A stretch of 17,350 bases of DNA from Candidatus Aenigmatarchaeota archaeon. GTDB taxonomy: Archaea > Aenigmatarchaeota > Aenigmatarchaeia > CG10238-14 > SCSR01. The DNA lies in NCBI GenBank assembly GCA_039000165.1, contig JAWBTW010000016.1, forward strand, positions 1 to 17,350. The letters are read 5' to 3'. Shown here piece by piece: positions 1 through 8,025 of the stretch (the stretch's first letter is position 1; the number at the start of each line of letters is the position of its first letter). The notes below the pieces were generated by a model. The model ran no database searches and was not told the origin of the DNA. It was given only the letters and a program-made list of their open reading frames with translations. A program made the translations under genes and the position numbers.

Positions 1-1260
1 AGCTTCTGGAAGGAATTGAGTAATTATCTCTGGATTTTCTATTTTGTTTCTCAATTCTCTAACTTGAGTATAGTCTCCTGAAGTATCGTTAAAGTGAAGA
101 ATTGCTATTGTTGAAATAGAGCTTCCTGGAGGAATTAAGGTTGAATTTAACTCTATTCCAATTCTATCCTTTGAACTACTGTTTTGAATAAAGAAATTTT
201 CTGTGCTTCTGTTAGCATGAATTATTCCTGTGTGGAAGCTACTCCAAAAATCAGAAGCATACCACCATCCAGGAAAACTTGTATTCCCAAAAGCAGATTG
301 CCAGCTTGAGCCAAAAGCTCTTGTTACATCTAAGCCTAAGGCTCCTGCAAAAGTTGAGTTTCTTTCTATTTCGTAAGATGCTAAATTTTTGAAAATAGTT
401 TCAATCTTTATCCATTTTTCTTCCTCTAGACCAAAATCATAAAAGTAATACCTTTTTATCATAAAACCCTCGTTCGTTCTTTCTTCAGAATTCCAAAAAG
501 TTTCATAACCTTTCTGCTCAAAAACTAGCCTAACTGGACCTGAAAATTTTAGGCTCATGTTGTATTTGAAATCAAAGCTAAGGTTATTGCTTCCATTTGA
601 GTATTGAGAATACTCTATTGTTCTTTCTGTTTCGCCTGGAATAGACCAAATATCTTGCTGAGAAGCGATCCCCCTTACTCTATATAAACCAGAAGTATTT
701 TCTCCCCTCAAAGTATCTATCCAGTAGGAAAGACCAGAAGCGTTAACGTTAAGCTCTTCACCATCCCAAGAGTAGCTTATGCTTGAAGGGTATTCTCTTT
801 TTTCTTTTGGTCCGTTTTCCAAACTATCATAATAAACAAAGAATATTCTTTTTGTGTTTGCTGGATTGCTACCGTTCAAGAAAAAGACTAAAGTACCCAA
901 AGCGTTATTTTCTGAGTTAAAATCATCATCTTTTTCAAACTGGCTTGGTATTTCGCCTAAAAGCTCTCCTTCCTGGCTGTATTCTATAACTCTTGTGGAA
1001 TTCTCGTCAAAACTTCCGTAAGGAAGCAAGTCAGTAAAGTTTATTTTATACTCTATCGGCCAGTTTTTTCTTTCAAAAGAAGAAGTGTTAACTTCTAGCC
1101 TTACCCTATAATGCCAAGAAATGTTCCACCATTTGAATTCACTTGCAGGCTGACCAAAACCAACAAAAAAACCTGTCAATTTAAGAAAACCAGAAAAATA
1201 AAGGATAGAAAAAATTAAGGGTAAAGCTAATAGAAGAGCGTAAAAAATCCTTTTTTCCAT
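1..1260 (-). CDS. Secreted/membrane-anchored surface glycoprotein with N-terminal DUF2341-like domain (3'-partial, runs off window start)
   Basis: Not in the ORF track because it has no stop in the window. I translated it by hand from ATG at 1260 and found 420 open codons to position 1: MEKRIFYALLLALPLIFSILYFSGFLKLTGFFVGFGQPASEFKWWNISWHYRVRLEVNTSSFERKNWPIEYKINFTDLL...FDENSTRVIEY...EIPSQF...GTLVFFLNGSNPANTKRIFFVYYD. It has an N-terminal hydrophobic helix, the WWNxxWxYRxxL and FxVYY pattern typical of DUF2341-type domains, and about 16 N-x-S/T sequons. Confidence 0.85.
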   Translation of the reverse strand, partial: MEKRIFYALLLALPLIFSILYFSGFLKLTGFFVGFGQPASEFKWWNISWHYRVRLEVNTSSFERKNWPIEYKINFTDLLPYGSFDENSTRVIEYSQEGELLGEIPSQFEKDDDFNSENNALGTLVFFLNGSNPANTKRIFFVYYDSLENGPKEKREYPSSISYSWDGEELNVNASGLSYWIDTLRGENTSGLYRVRGIASQQDIWSIPGETERTIEYSQYSNGSNNLSFDFKYNMSLKFSGPVRLVFEQKGYETFWNSEERTNEGFMIKRYYFYDFGLEEEKWIKIETIFKNLASYEIERNSTFAGALGLDVTRAFGSSWQSAFGNTSFPGWWYASDFWSSFHTGIIHANRSTENFFIQNSSSKDRIGIELNSTLIPPGSSISTIAILHFNDTSGDYTQVRELRNKIENPEIITQFLPEA

Positions 1261-1341
1261 AATTAATTATTGGAAAACGAATTATTTTTAGTTAAGGATT
1301 AAAAATAAACACAGAAAATTCTTAAACTTATATTAGAGAGG
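1261..1341. promoter_or_regulatory. 81-bp AT-rich divergent intergenic region, presumed to hold promoters for the DUF2341-like gene (-) and the PAS-SBP-HK operon (+)
   Basis: The two genes are head-to-head. There are TATA-like tracts (e.g. TTCTTAAA near 1319-1326 after purine-rich ACAGAAAA), but no single element is unambiguous. Confidence 0.35.
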
Positions 1342-2631
1342 ATGGTTGAAAAAGAGTTTTTAAATGAAATGTGTAATCTGCTTAACGAGGCTGTAGTCTT
1401 TGTTGATTTAGAAGGAAAAATAATTCATCACAACAAAAAGTTTTTAGAGATGTTTAGGATTGAGGAAGAGGTGCTTAAATCTGGAAATCTTAAAGATTTT
1501 CTCAAGGTTGCTTCTAAAAAAGTAAAAAATCCTGAGAAGTTTGAAGATTTAATTAAAAAAGTTTTAACTTCAAAAGAAAGGGTGGAAGGTTCAATAGAAA
1601 CTAAGGATGGAAGGTTTTTTGAAGGTTATTCTGTGCCTTATTTTTCTGAAGGAAAGCTCATCGGAAAATTAGTTGTGATAAGTGATTTGACTGAGAAAAA
1701 AGAGATGGAAGAAGAAATTAAGAAATCTGAGGAAAAGTACAGAAATCTTTTTGAACTTGCTGTTGACCCTATTGTTATTCTTGACAGAAAAGGAAGGTTT
1801 ATAGAAATAAATAAAAAAGTTGAAGAGCTTTTGGGTTATAAAAAAGAGGACTTGATAGGAAAAAAGTTTACTGAAGCAGGAGTTTTAACCAAAAAAAGTA
1901 TCTTGATAACTTACAAGAACTTTCTCAAGAGAATGGCTGGGTTTGAGATTAAACCTTACGAGATTGAAGTGATAAAGAAAAACGGAGAAATACTCATAGG
2001 TGAAATTAACGCAGCTCCCATAAAAGAGAAAGGAAAAATAGTAGGCGATATGGTAATAATTCGAGACATAACTTTTAGAAAGAAAGTAGAAGAAGAAATT
2101 AGGAAATCTAAAGAACTCTTAGAAAAAATTTTCTTAAGCTTGGATTGTGCCGTATTCATTCTTGACAGTAAAAAACCACCAACTATTATTGATTGCAATC
2201 CAGCTGCTAGTAAAATCTTTGGTTATAAAAAGGAAGAGATGATAGGTAAGACAACAGAGTTTTTACATGTAAGCAAAGAAACCTTGGTAGAATTCCAAAA
2301 AGTTTTGTACCCGACAATAGAAAAGAAAGGAAGTTTAACAAACTTCGAGTTTAGGATGAAAAGGAAAAATGGAGAAATTTTTCCGACCGAGCATTCAGTT
2401 TTCCCGTTGAAAGATGAAAAGGGAAATAGAATTGGATGGGTAAGTGTTGTAAGAGATATAACGGAAAGAAAAAGGAATGAGGAAAAGCTGGAAGAGCTGA
2501 ACAAAAATCTTCAGGAAAAAATAAAAGAGCTTGAGAAATTCAAAAAGTTTGCAGTTGGGAGAGAGTTGAAAATGGTTGAACTGAAAAAAAGAATAAAAGA
2601 GCTGGAGGAAAAACTTAGAGTGAAAGAATGA
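1342..2631 (+). CDS. Soluble triple PAS/PAC-domain sensor protein with C-terminal coiled coil and no kinase or other output domain
   Basis: Three PAS-PAC units end in ISDLTEKK, IRDITFRK and VRDITERK, with typical linkers (SEEKYRNLFE, KKNGE, RKNGEIFP). The protein ends in the coiled coil ELEKFKKFAVGRELKMVELKKRIKELEEKL. Confidence 0.92.
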   Translation: MVEKEFLNEMCNLLNEAVVFVDLEGKIIHHNKKFLEMFRIEEEVLKSGNLKDFLKVASKKVKNPEKFEDLIKKVLTSKERVEGSIETKDGRFFEGYSVPYFSEGKLIGKLVVISDLTEKKEMEEEIKKSEEKYRNLFELAVDPIVILDRKGRFIEINKKVEELLGYKKEDLIGKKFTEAGVLTKKSILITYKNFLKRMAGFEIKPYEIEVIKKNGEILIGEINAAPIKEKGKIVGDMVIIRDITFRKKVEEEIRKSKELLEKIFLSLDCAVFILDSKKPPTIIDCNPAASKIFGYKKEEMIGKTTEFLHVSKETLVEFQKVLYPTIEKKGSLTNFEFRMKRKNGEIFPTEHSVFPLKDEKGNRIGWVSVVRDITERKRNEEKLEELNKNLQEKIKELEKFKKFAVGRELKMVELKKRIKELEEKLRVKE

Positions 2632-4208
2632 AGAAGTTAGGACTAGCATTAGTTTTAATAGTTGTAACAATCGTTTTACTTGCATTTTTTACTTTTAGGC
2701 ACGAGGAAAGAGTTGAGGAAAAAAGAACAGAAGAGAAAATTCTTTTCATAGGTTCTGCTGTTGACTTGTACACCATAGACCCTGCTGTTGGGTTTGATGA
2801 AGCAATAAGTAGTACATTAAAAAATCTTTACGATAATCTATACAGGCATGTTGACAACCCACCAAGAGTTATTCCTTGGCTTGCAGAAAGTCATGAAGTT
2901 TTAGACAACGGGACAACTTGGATTTTTCACTTAAGAAAAGATGCCTATTTTCATGATGGTTCGCCAGTAACCTCTTATGCTGTAAAGTATTCTTTGGAAA
3001 GGCTTTTAAAAATAGGCAAAGGTCCTGCTTACATGTTTAAAGGAATAGTGAACGAAAGTGGTATAGAAACTCCTGACAACTACACAGTTAGGATTAAGCT
3101 TCTTAAGCCTTTTGCACCTTTTCTTGATATTATACCTTGGTTGTTTATAGTTAATCCAAAAATTGTTGAGGAGCATAAGGGCGAAGATTTTGGTCAGAGT
3201 TGGCTTGCTTCCCATGAAGCAGGTTCTGGCCCGTTTACCCTTAAAAATTTCATTCCTGGTCAAATCTATGAGTTTGAGGCTTTTGAAAACTACTGGAAAG
3301 GATGGCCTGGAAAAAGACTAAAAGGATTTACAAGAAAAGTTATAAAAGAGTCTTCTGAAAGAATTAACGCTTTGGTTAAGGAAGAGGTCCACATAATTGA
3401 TTGGGTTTCTCCTGAAGATCAAGTTCTTTTGAGAGATGCTTATGGATTCTTAGTAGTGGAAGAACCAGCAATCCATACTTTTGAAATAAAAATGAACAAT
3501 CAGTATGGACCAACTTCTAACAAGCATGTAAGAAAAGCAATATCTTATGCTTTTGATTACGATGCTCTGGAAAAATTGTGGGTTGGAAGAGCAAAATTAC
3601 TTAAAGGGCCTTTGCCACCAAGCGAGTGGGTAAACGAAAATCTAAACGTTTACAGGTTAAACATGACTAAGGCAAGGGAAGAATTAGCAAAATCTCCTTG
3701 GCCGAATGGCGGTTTTTCTTTGGATTATGTTTATGTTGCTGGTTTGGAAGAAGAAAAAGCAGTTGGTTTGCTGCTAAAAAAACAACTTGCTGAGTTAAAC
3801 ATAACTGTAAACATAATTCCTATGAGTTGGGCCGATGCTGTGAATTCATTTAAAGACCCAAAAACCTCGCCAGATATGTTTCCACTTTATTCTAGTTCAG
3901 CTTATCCAGACCCAAACAACTATTTGTGGTCAGCTTATCACTCTTCAACTGCTGGTGAGTGGACAAACCCAGGGCATTATAAAAATTCTGAAGTAGATAA
4001 AATACTGGAAGAAGCTTTAGGAACTTTGGACAAAGAAAAAAGAAGAGAATTATACTTTAAAGCACAGGAAATAATAGTTGAAGATGCTCCAAACATCTTT
4101 GGAGTTTCTCCCCTAGACTTTCATGTTATGAGCAAAAAAGTTAAAGGGTTTAATTATTGCCCTGTTCAGGGTTCTGACGAGGAGTTCTATGGAGTATGGT
4201 TAGAATAA
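2628..4208 (+). CDS. Family-5 (DppA/OppA/NikA-like) extracellular solute-binding protein with N-terminal TM anchor
   Basis: Motifs include TIDPA, LYDNL, PWLAESHEV..NGTTWIFHLRKDAYFHDGSPVT, GSGPF, VRKAISYAFDYD and Y.N.EVDKILEEA....D.EKRRELY.KAQEIIVEDAP. The N-terminal hydrophobic helix has no lipobox Cys. The start overlaps the PAS gene stop (ATGA). Confidence 0.93.
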   Translation: MKKLGLALVLIVVTIVLLAFFTFRHEERVEEKRTEEKILFIGSAVDLYTIDPAVGFDEAISSTLKNLYDNLYRHVDNPPRVIPWLAESHEVLDNGTTWIFHLRKDAYFHDGSPVTSYAVKYSLERLLKIGKGPAYMFKGIVNESGIETPDNYTVRIKLLKPFAPFLDIIPWLFIVNPKIVEEHKGEDFGQSWLASHEAGSGPFTLKNFIPGQIYEFEAFENYWKGWPGKRLKGFTRKVIKESSERINALVKEEVHIIDWVSPEDQVLLRDAYGFLVVEEPAIHTFEIKMNNQYGPTSNKHVRKAISYAFDYDALEKLWVGRAKLLKGPLPPSEWVNENLNVYRLNMTKAREELAKSPWPNGGFSLDYVYVAGLEEEKAVGLLLKKQLAELNITVNIIPMSWADAVNSFKDPKTSPDMFPLYSSSAYPDPNNYLWSAYHSSTAGEWTNPGHYKNSEVDKILEEALGTLDKEKRRELYFKAQEIIVEDAPNIFGVSPLDFHVMSKKVKGFNYCPVQGSDEEFYGVWLE

Positions 4209-5884
4209 AACCATACTTAACCATAAGAAGGAAGTTAATTTTATTCTCACTAATTTTTATCCTGTCGGTTTTAGTTTTAACTTCTGTAAATAATTTTTTA
4301 GTTCAAAAAGCTCATCAAACTACAAACCTAGTAATTCATGAATATGAGTTTCTTTTAAGTTCGATAGATTACTTGAAAATTTTATCCCTAACTTACAGGT
4401 TAAATTTGGACGAGTATCTTTTCACAAACAGTGAAGTTTATCTTCAATCTATGAAAAATTTAATGAATAAAACTGAAAACCAGATTTTTCTTCTCGAAAG
4501 TAAGTTTACGGAAAAAAATGAAATGTTAGAAGAGCTGAAAAGTTCTTTCAGCTCTTATTTTCTGCTGACAGACAATCTAATAAATTACTACAAAAGCAAC
4601 CCAGAAGATATCGAAAGCATAAACATTAAGAAGAATAGAATAGATTCTTTACTAGAAAATGCAATCTTATCAAAACTGGATTTGCTCTCGAAAGAAGTAG
4701 AAAAGAAAACTCTAGAAGCATCAGAAGAATTAGAAAACTTTCACTTTCTAAATATTTTGATATCAATTATGATAATCGCTCTTTTAACAACTTCAAGTTT
4801 GGTTTATTCTTTCTTGGTGGCTAAAAGCATTTTAGACCCAATAAGTAAGTTTGAGGAAGCTACAACTAGAATAGCTGAAGGTGAGTTTGGGTTAAGGATA
4901 GAAGTAAAAAGTAGAGATGAACTTGGAAAGTTAGCTTTACATTTTAACGAGATGTCAAAGAAACTTCTAGAGTTTAAAAGAAAGATCGAATCTCACCAAA
5001 AAGAATTAGAAAAGACTGTAAGAGAAAGAACGAAAGAACTGAACGAGAAGGTAAAAGAATTGACAGAAACTAAGATTGCTCTAATGAATATGATGGAAGA
5101 CTTGAGCGAAACGAACAAAAAGCTTCTCGAAGCTCAGAAAAAATTGAAAAAAAGTTATATGGAACTCAAGAAGCTAGATGTGGAAAAAGACAGGTTTATT
5201 TCAATAGCTGCTCACGAGCTCAAAACCCCCATGACTGCAATTTCAGGGTTTGCTCAACTCTTGAAGGACGAAGAGATAATCAAAGATAAAGAGAAGCGTT
5301 TAAGATACCTTAAAATCATTGAAGATGAAATTAAAAGGTTAAGCGCTCTTGTTACAGATATTTTAGATTTATCAAGAATAGATTTAGGAACGATAAAAGT
5401 TTTTGTTGAAGAAGTAAACATAAATGAGATTTTGAATGACGTGAAAAATGAAATGATTGAACTTGCTAAAGAAAAGAGCCTATACCTAAATGTTGAAGTT
5501 GAAAAAGGAATACCAAATATACTCACTGACAAGGAAAAGCTGAAAAGAATATTGTTGAACCTAGTTAGTAATTCAATAAAATACACAGAAAAAGGTGGAA
5601 TAACGATTAAAGCTGAGAAAGAAGGCGATGAAATAAAGTTTAGTGTTTCGGATACTGGTATAGGTATACCAAAAGAACATTTCAATAAAATTTTCACAAG
5701 ATTCTTTCAGGTTTCTTCACCTTACACAAGAAAAGCTAAAGGAAGTGGCTTAGGTCTTTCTATATGTAAAGAGCTTGTAGAGCTTTTAGGAGGTAGAATA
5801 TGGTTTGATAGTGAGGTAGGAAAAGGAACTACTTTTTACTTTACGCTACCTTTAAAATATAAGGAAAAGAAGACAAATAAATAG
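4196..5884 (+). CDS. Membrane sensor histidine kinase (TM - extracellular helical domain - TM - HAMP - coiled coil - HisKA - HATPase_c)
   Basis: HAMP: PISKFEEATTRIAEGEF...SRDELGKLALHFNEM. H-box: FISIAAHELKTPMTAI. N-box: ILLNLVSNSIKYT. G1: VSDTGIGIP. F-box: IFTRFFQ. G2: GSGLGLSIC, followed by GKGTTFYFTLP. Overlaps the SBP gene by 13 nt. Confidence 0.96.
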   Translation: MVRIKPYLTIRRKLILFSLIFILSVLVLTSVNNFLVQKAHQTTNLVIHEYEFLLSSIDYLKILSLTYRLNLDEYLFTNSEVYLQSMKNLMNKTENQIFLLESKFTEKNEMLEELKSSFSSYFLLTDNLINYYKSNPEDIESINIKKNRIDSLLENAILSKLDLLSKEVEKKTLEASEELENFHFLNILISIMIIALLTTSSLVYSFLVAKSILDPISKFEEATTRIAEGEFGLRIEVKSRDELGKLALHFNEMSKKLLEFKRKIESHQKELEKTVRERTKELNEKVKELTETKIALMNMMEDLSETNKKLLEAQKKLKKSYMELKKLDVEKDRFISIAAHELKTPMTAISGFAQLLKDEEIIKDKEKRLRYLKIIEDEIKRLSALVTDILDLSRIDLGTIKVFVEEVNINEILNDVKNEMIELAKEKSLYLNVEVEKGIPNILTDKEKLKRILLNLVSNSIKYTEKGGITIKAEKEGDEIKFSVSDTGIGIPKEHFNKIFTRFFQVSSPYTRKAKGSGLGLSICKELVELLGGRIWFDSEVGKGTTFYFTLPLKYKEKKTNK

Positions 5885-5885
5885 T

Positions 5886-6644
5886 ATGGGAAAAGTTTAC
5901 TTAGTTTTTGGTTTGTTATTCTTGTTCATTCTCTTTCTCTATGTTTATCAGCCTTTAGGAGAAAACTTCTTTATAATTTCTGATATTATACCAATTTTTC
6001 TCTCGTTTTTAGCTTTTGTTTTTGGACTTTATTCTTACAAGTTTTACGGTAGTACTAGCCTTCAAGGCAAGGCATTCTTGTTTTTAACCCTTGGGACATT
6101 CTTTTGGTTTTTAGGTGAAACTACTTGGGGAATTTATGAAATAATTTTTGGAATCAAGTCGCCTGTCGGTACAATAGCTGATGTTTTTTGGCTAGTTGGT
6201 TATCCCCTTTTCTTATTAGGTTTATGGTATGTTCGAAAAATTTCTTCAACAAAAATTAGAAAACCTGAGCTACTTTTTCTGCTTTTCTTTTCGATTCTTG
6301 TACTTGTTTTTACTTTTTATTTGATCAAGGAAGATGTTTTTAACCCAGAGGTTCTACTATCAGAGAAAATTTTCAGTGTTGGCTATGTTGTTTGTGATAT
6401 AGTACTGATAATTTCTTCAACATTTGCAGTGGTAAATCTCTTCGAAACAAAAATTTTTAGAGCATATTTCTTAATAATTTTGGGAATAATTTCTATGAGC
6501 ATAGCGGATATCTACTACATGAAGTTTCTAGAAACTTATGCAAGCAGTAATTTAATAGATTTGTGGTGGGATTTGAGCTACATTCTATTAGCAGTGGGAT
6601 TTTTCCACCACAGAAAAATAATGAAAGACCTTTTGAAGAAGTAG
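5886..6644 (+). CDS. Integral membrane protein (~8 TM), resembles stand-alone membrane sensor modules normally fused to kinases or cyclases
   Basis: There are eight hydrophobic segments. Motifs LGTFFWFLGE..W.IY and TIADVFWLVGYPLFLLGL resemble the 'P/S-x-ADxFYLxGYPL' multi-TM input module. The gene starts after a 1-nt gap following the kinase stop. Confidence 0.85.
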   Translation: MGKVYLVFGLLFLFILFLYVYQPLGENFFIISDIIPIFLSFLAFVFGLYSYKFYGSTSLQGKAFLFLTLGTFFWFLGETTWGIYEIIFGIKSPVGTIADVFWLVGYPLFLLGLWYVRKISSTKIRKPELLFLLFFSILVLVFTFYLIKEDVFNPEVLLSEKIFSVGYVVCDIVLIISSTFAVVNLFETKIFRAYFLIILGIISMSIADIYYMKFLETYASSNLIDLWWDLSYILLAVGFFHHRKIMKDLLKK

Positions 6645-6873
6645 ATTCTTTTGCAATTTTCTTAATCTTTCTAGTTTTTCCATACTTTTCGTAAAGGGGT
6701 TTGACATATTCTTCTGCAGCTTCTTTGCCTATGGCTTTTTCTAAAAAATACTTAAGCTCTTCCAAGAATTCCATCGGATACTTTTTTGGATCCTCAAAGC
6801 TATCTAGAACATTTAGAAACTTTGGACCAAAAAGGTCAAGAATTATTCTCTTAGCATCTTCGTACAAGCTCAT
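6493..6873 (-). CDS. Small helical hypothetical protein; N-terminal ~70 aa resemble small archaeal signalling-associated domains (DUF3227/NitrOD5-like, tentative)
   Basis: It has an ATG start and follows the MEDS gene on the same strand. The first 70 aa look protein-like (IILDLFG...YPMEFLEELKYFLEKAIGKEAAEEYVKPLYEKY). The last ~50 codons overlap the convergent 8-TM gene and look like read-through. Confidence 0.6.
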   Translation of the reverse strand: MSLYEDAKRIILDLFGPKFLNVLDSFEDPKKYPMEFLEELKYFLEKAIGKEAAEEYVKPLYEKYGKTRKIKKIAKESTSSKGLSLFFCGGKIPLLIECSSNPTTNLLNYCLHKFLETSCSRYPLCS

Positions 6874-6909
6874 AATTTAAGTTTAACTTCCTTAAATAAA
6901 TACCAAGCA

Positions 6910-7592
6910 TCAACCAGCTTTTTTAATTTTTTCTTTAAGTTTAGCTAGCTCTAACTCTCTCTTTATTGCAATTTTATAAAACTTTTCTAAGTCTTCTATC
7001 TTGCCTTTTAAGATTTTTCTTTCTACAGTTTCAGAAACACACCATTTTCTTCCCTTCTTATAGATTAACATCATATGAGATTGAATTATATCTATCAGGT
7101 CAGGAGTCGAAAGGCTTCTTACTGGATACGCACATACGAACAAAACCTTAGAATCTGAAAATTTTTCTGTTATTTCGTTTTCAAAATTCACAACTTTTTT
7201 AAAAAGGTTAGTATTAATCACCCATGACATCTCAGAAGCTCCTCTCACGAGCTTTAGACCTTTAACAATAATTTCATCCAATGCATTTTTAATCAAAATG
7301 TATGCATTTTTTTTGTTGAAGCGATTACCTTTAAAGTAGAAATTTTTGTAGTAAATGAAATGCATTCTTTTCTCTTTTAAAGATTTTTCTAAGCCAATTT
7401 TTTCTTCTATCTTTTTAGCTAATTCCTCTCTAGGATAGAGAAAAATACAGAATTCATTATTTTTTAATCCTGTGACGAAAAATTTTGATAAGCGTCTAAA
7501 AGTTCTCCTTCTTCTTCGTAGAGCATAACCATATGACTTCCTATACCAACTTCTACAGGGCAAAAACCCAAATTAACTTTTTCGCTCACCAT
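6910..7592 (-). CDS. MEDS (DcmR-like sensory) domain protein with C-terminal coiled coil, interrupted by a -1 frameshift near 7479-7492 (pseudogene, sequence error or programmed frameshift)
   Basis: An upstream frame from ATG 7592 gives MVSEKVNLGFCPVEVGIGSHMVMLYEEEGELLDA (MEDS N-terminus G-x-H-hhh-Y...E) and stops at 7466-7464. The downstream frame continues LSKFFVTGLKNNEFCIFLY...VRGASEMSW...FENEI...FVCAY.......DIIQSH. Joined, the two frames give ~227 aa. Confidence 0.85.
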
Positions 7593-7629
7593 TCAAATAA
7601 ATATTAATCAGAGAAAAAAAATAAATATT

Positions 7630-7638
7630 TAAGGAGGT
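7630..7638 (+). promoter_or_regulatory. Shine-Dalgarno sequence of the receiver gene
   Basis: TAAGGAGGT lies 5 nt upstream of the GTG at 7644. Confidence 0.75.
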
Positions 7639-7643
7639 TTGAA

Positions 7644-8015
7644 GTGAAGAAGAAGATAATGATAGTTGATGACGAGGAAAATTTGGTCGAGCTTGTGAAA
7701 GCGATTTTTGAAAGAGAAGGATATGAGGTAATTCCTGCTTATAGTGGAAAAGAATGCCTAGAAAAACTGGAAAAAGTTAAGCCAGACTTGATTCTTATGG
7801 ATATGATGATGCCAGGAATGACCGGGAAAGAAACGACAAAAAAAATAAGGGAAAACCCAAAAACAAAAAACTTAAAAATAGCTTTTCTTACAGTTGTTAG
7901 ACTTTCTGAAGTTGGGATGGAAGAAATGAAAAAATTGAATGTTTTGGATTTTATAACAAAACCTTTTGACAACGAGGATTTGGTGAGAAGGGTAAAAAAA
8001 ATTTTGGGAGATTAG
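7644..8015 (+). CDS. Stand-alone (single-domain, CheY-like) response regulator receiver
   Basis: It has the acidic pocket (IMIVDDE), phospho-Asp (PDLILMDMMMPGMTG), conserved Thr (FLT) and Lys-Pro (ITKPFD). The GTG start has a strong SD. The 123-aa protein has no output domain. Confidence 0.96.
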   Translation: MKKKIMIVDDEENLVELVKAIFEREGYEVIPAYSGKECLEKLEKVKPDLILMDMMMPGMTGKETTKKIRENPKTKNLKIAFLTVVRLSEVGMEEMKKLNVLDFITKPFDNEDLVRRVKKILGD

Positions 8016-8025
8016 AAATGGTAAG

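Noticed and set aside
2628..6644. Peptide ABC transporter operon with the 8-TM protein as permease
   Set aside because: There is no ABC ATPase, and I see no EAA-loop permease signature in the 8-TM protein.
7492..7563. ORF-track N-terminus MPCRSWYRKSYGYALRRRRR (looks like an Arg-rich or Tat-like leader)
   Set aside because: It is the wrong-frame reading of the true MEDS N-terminus that starts at ATG 7592.
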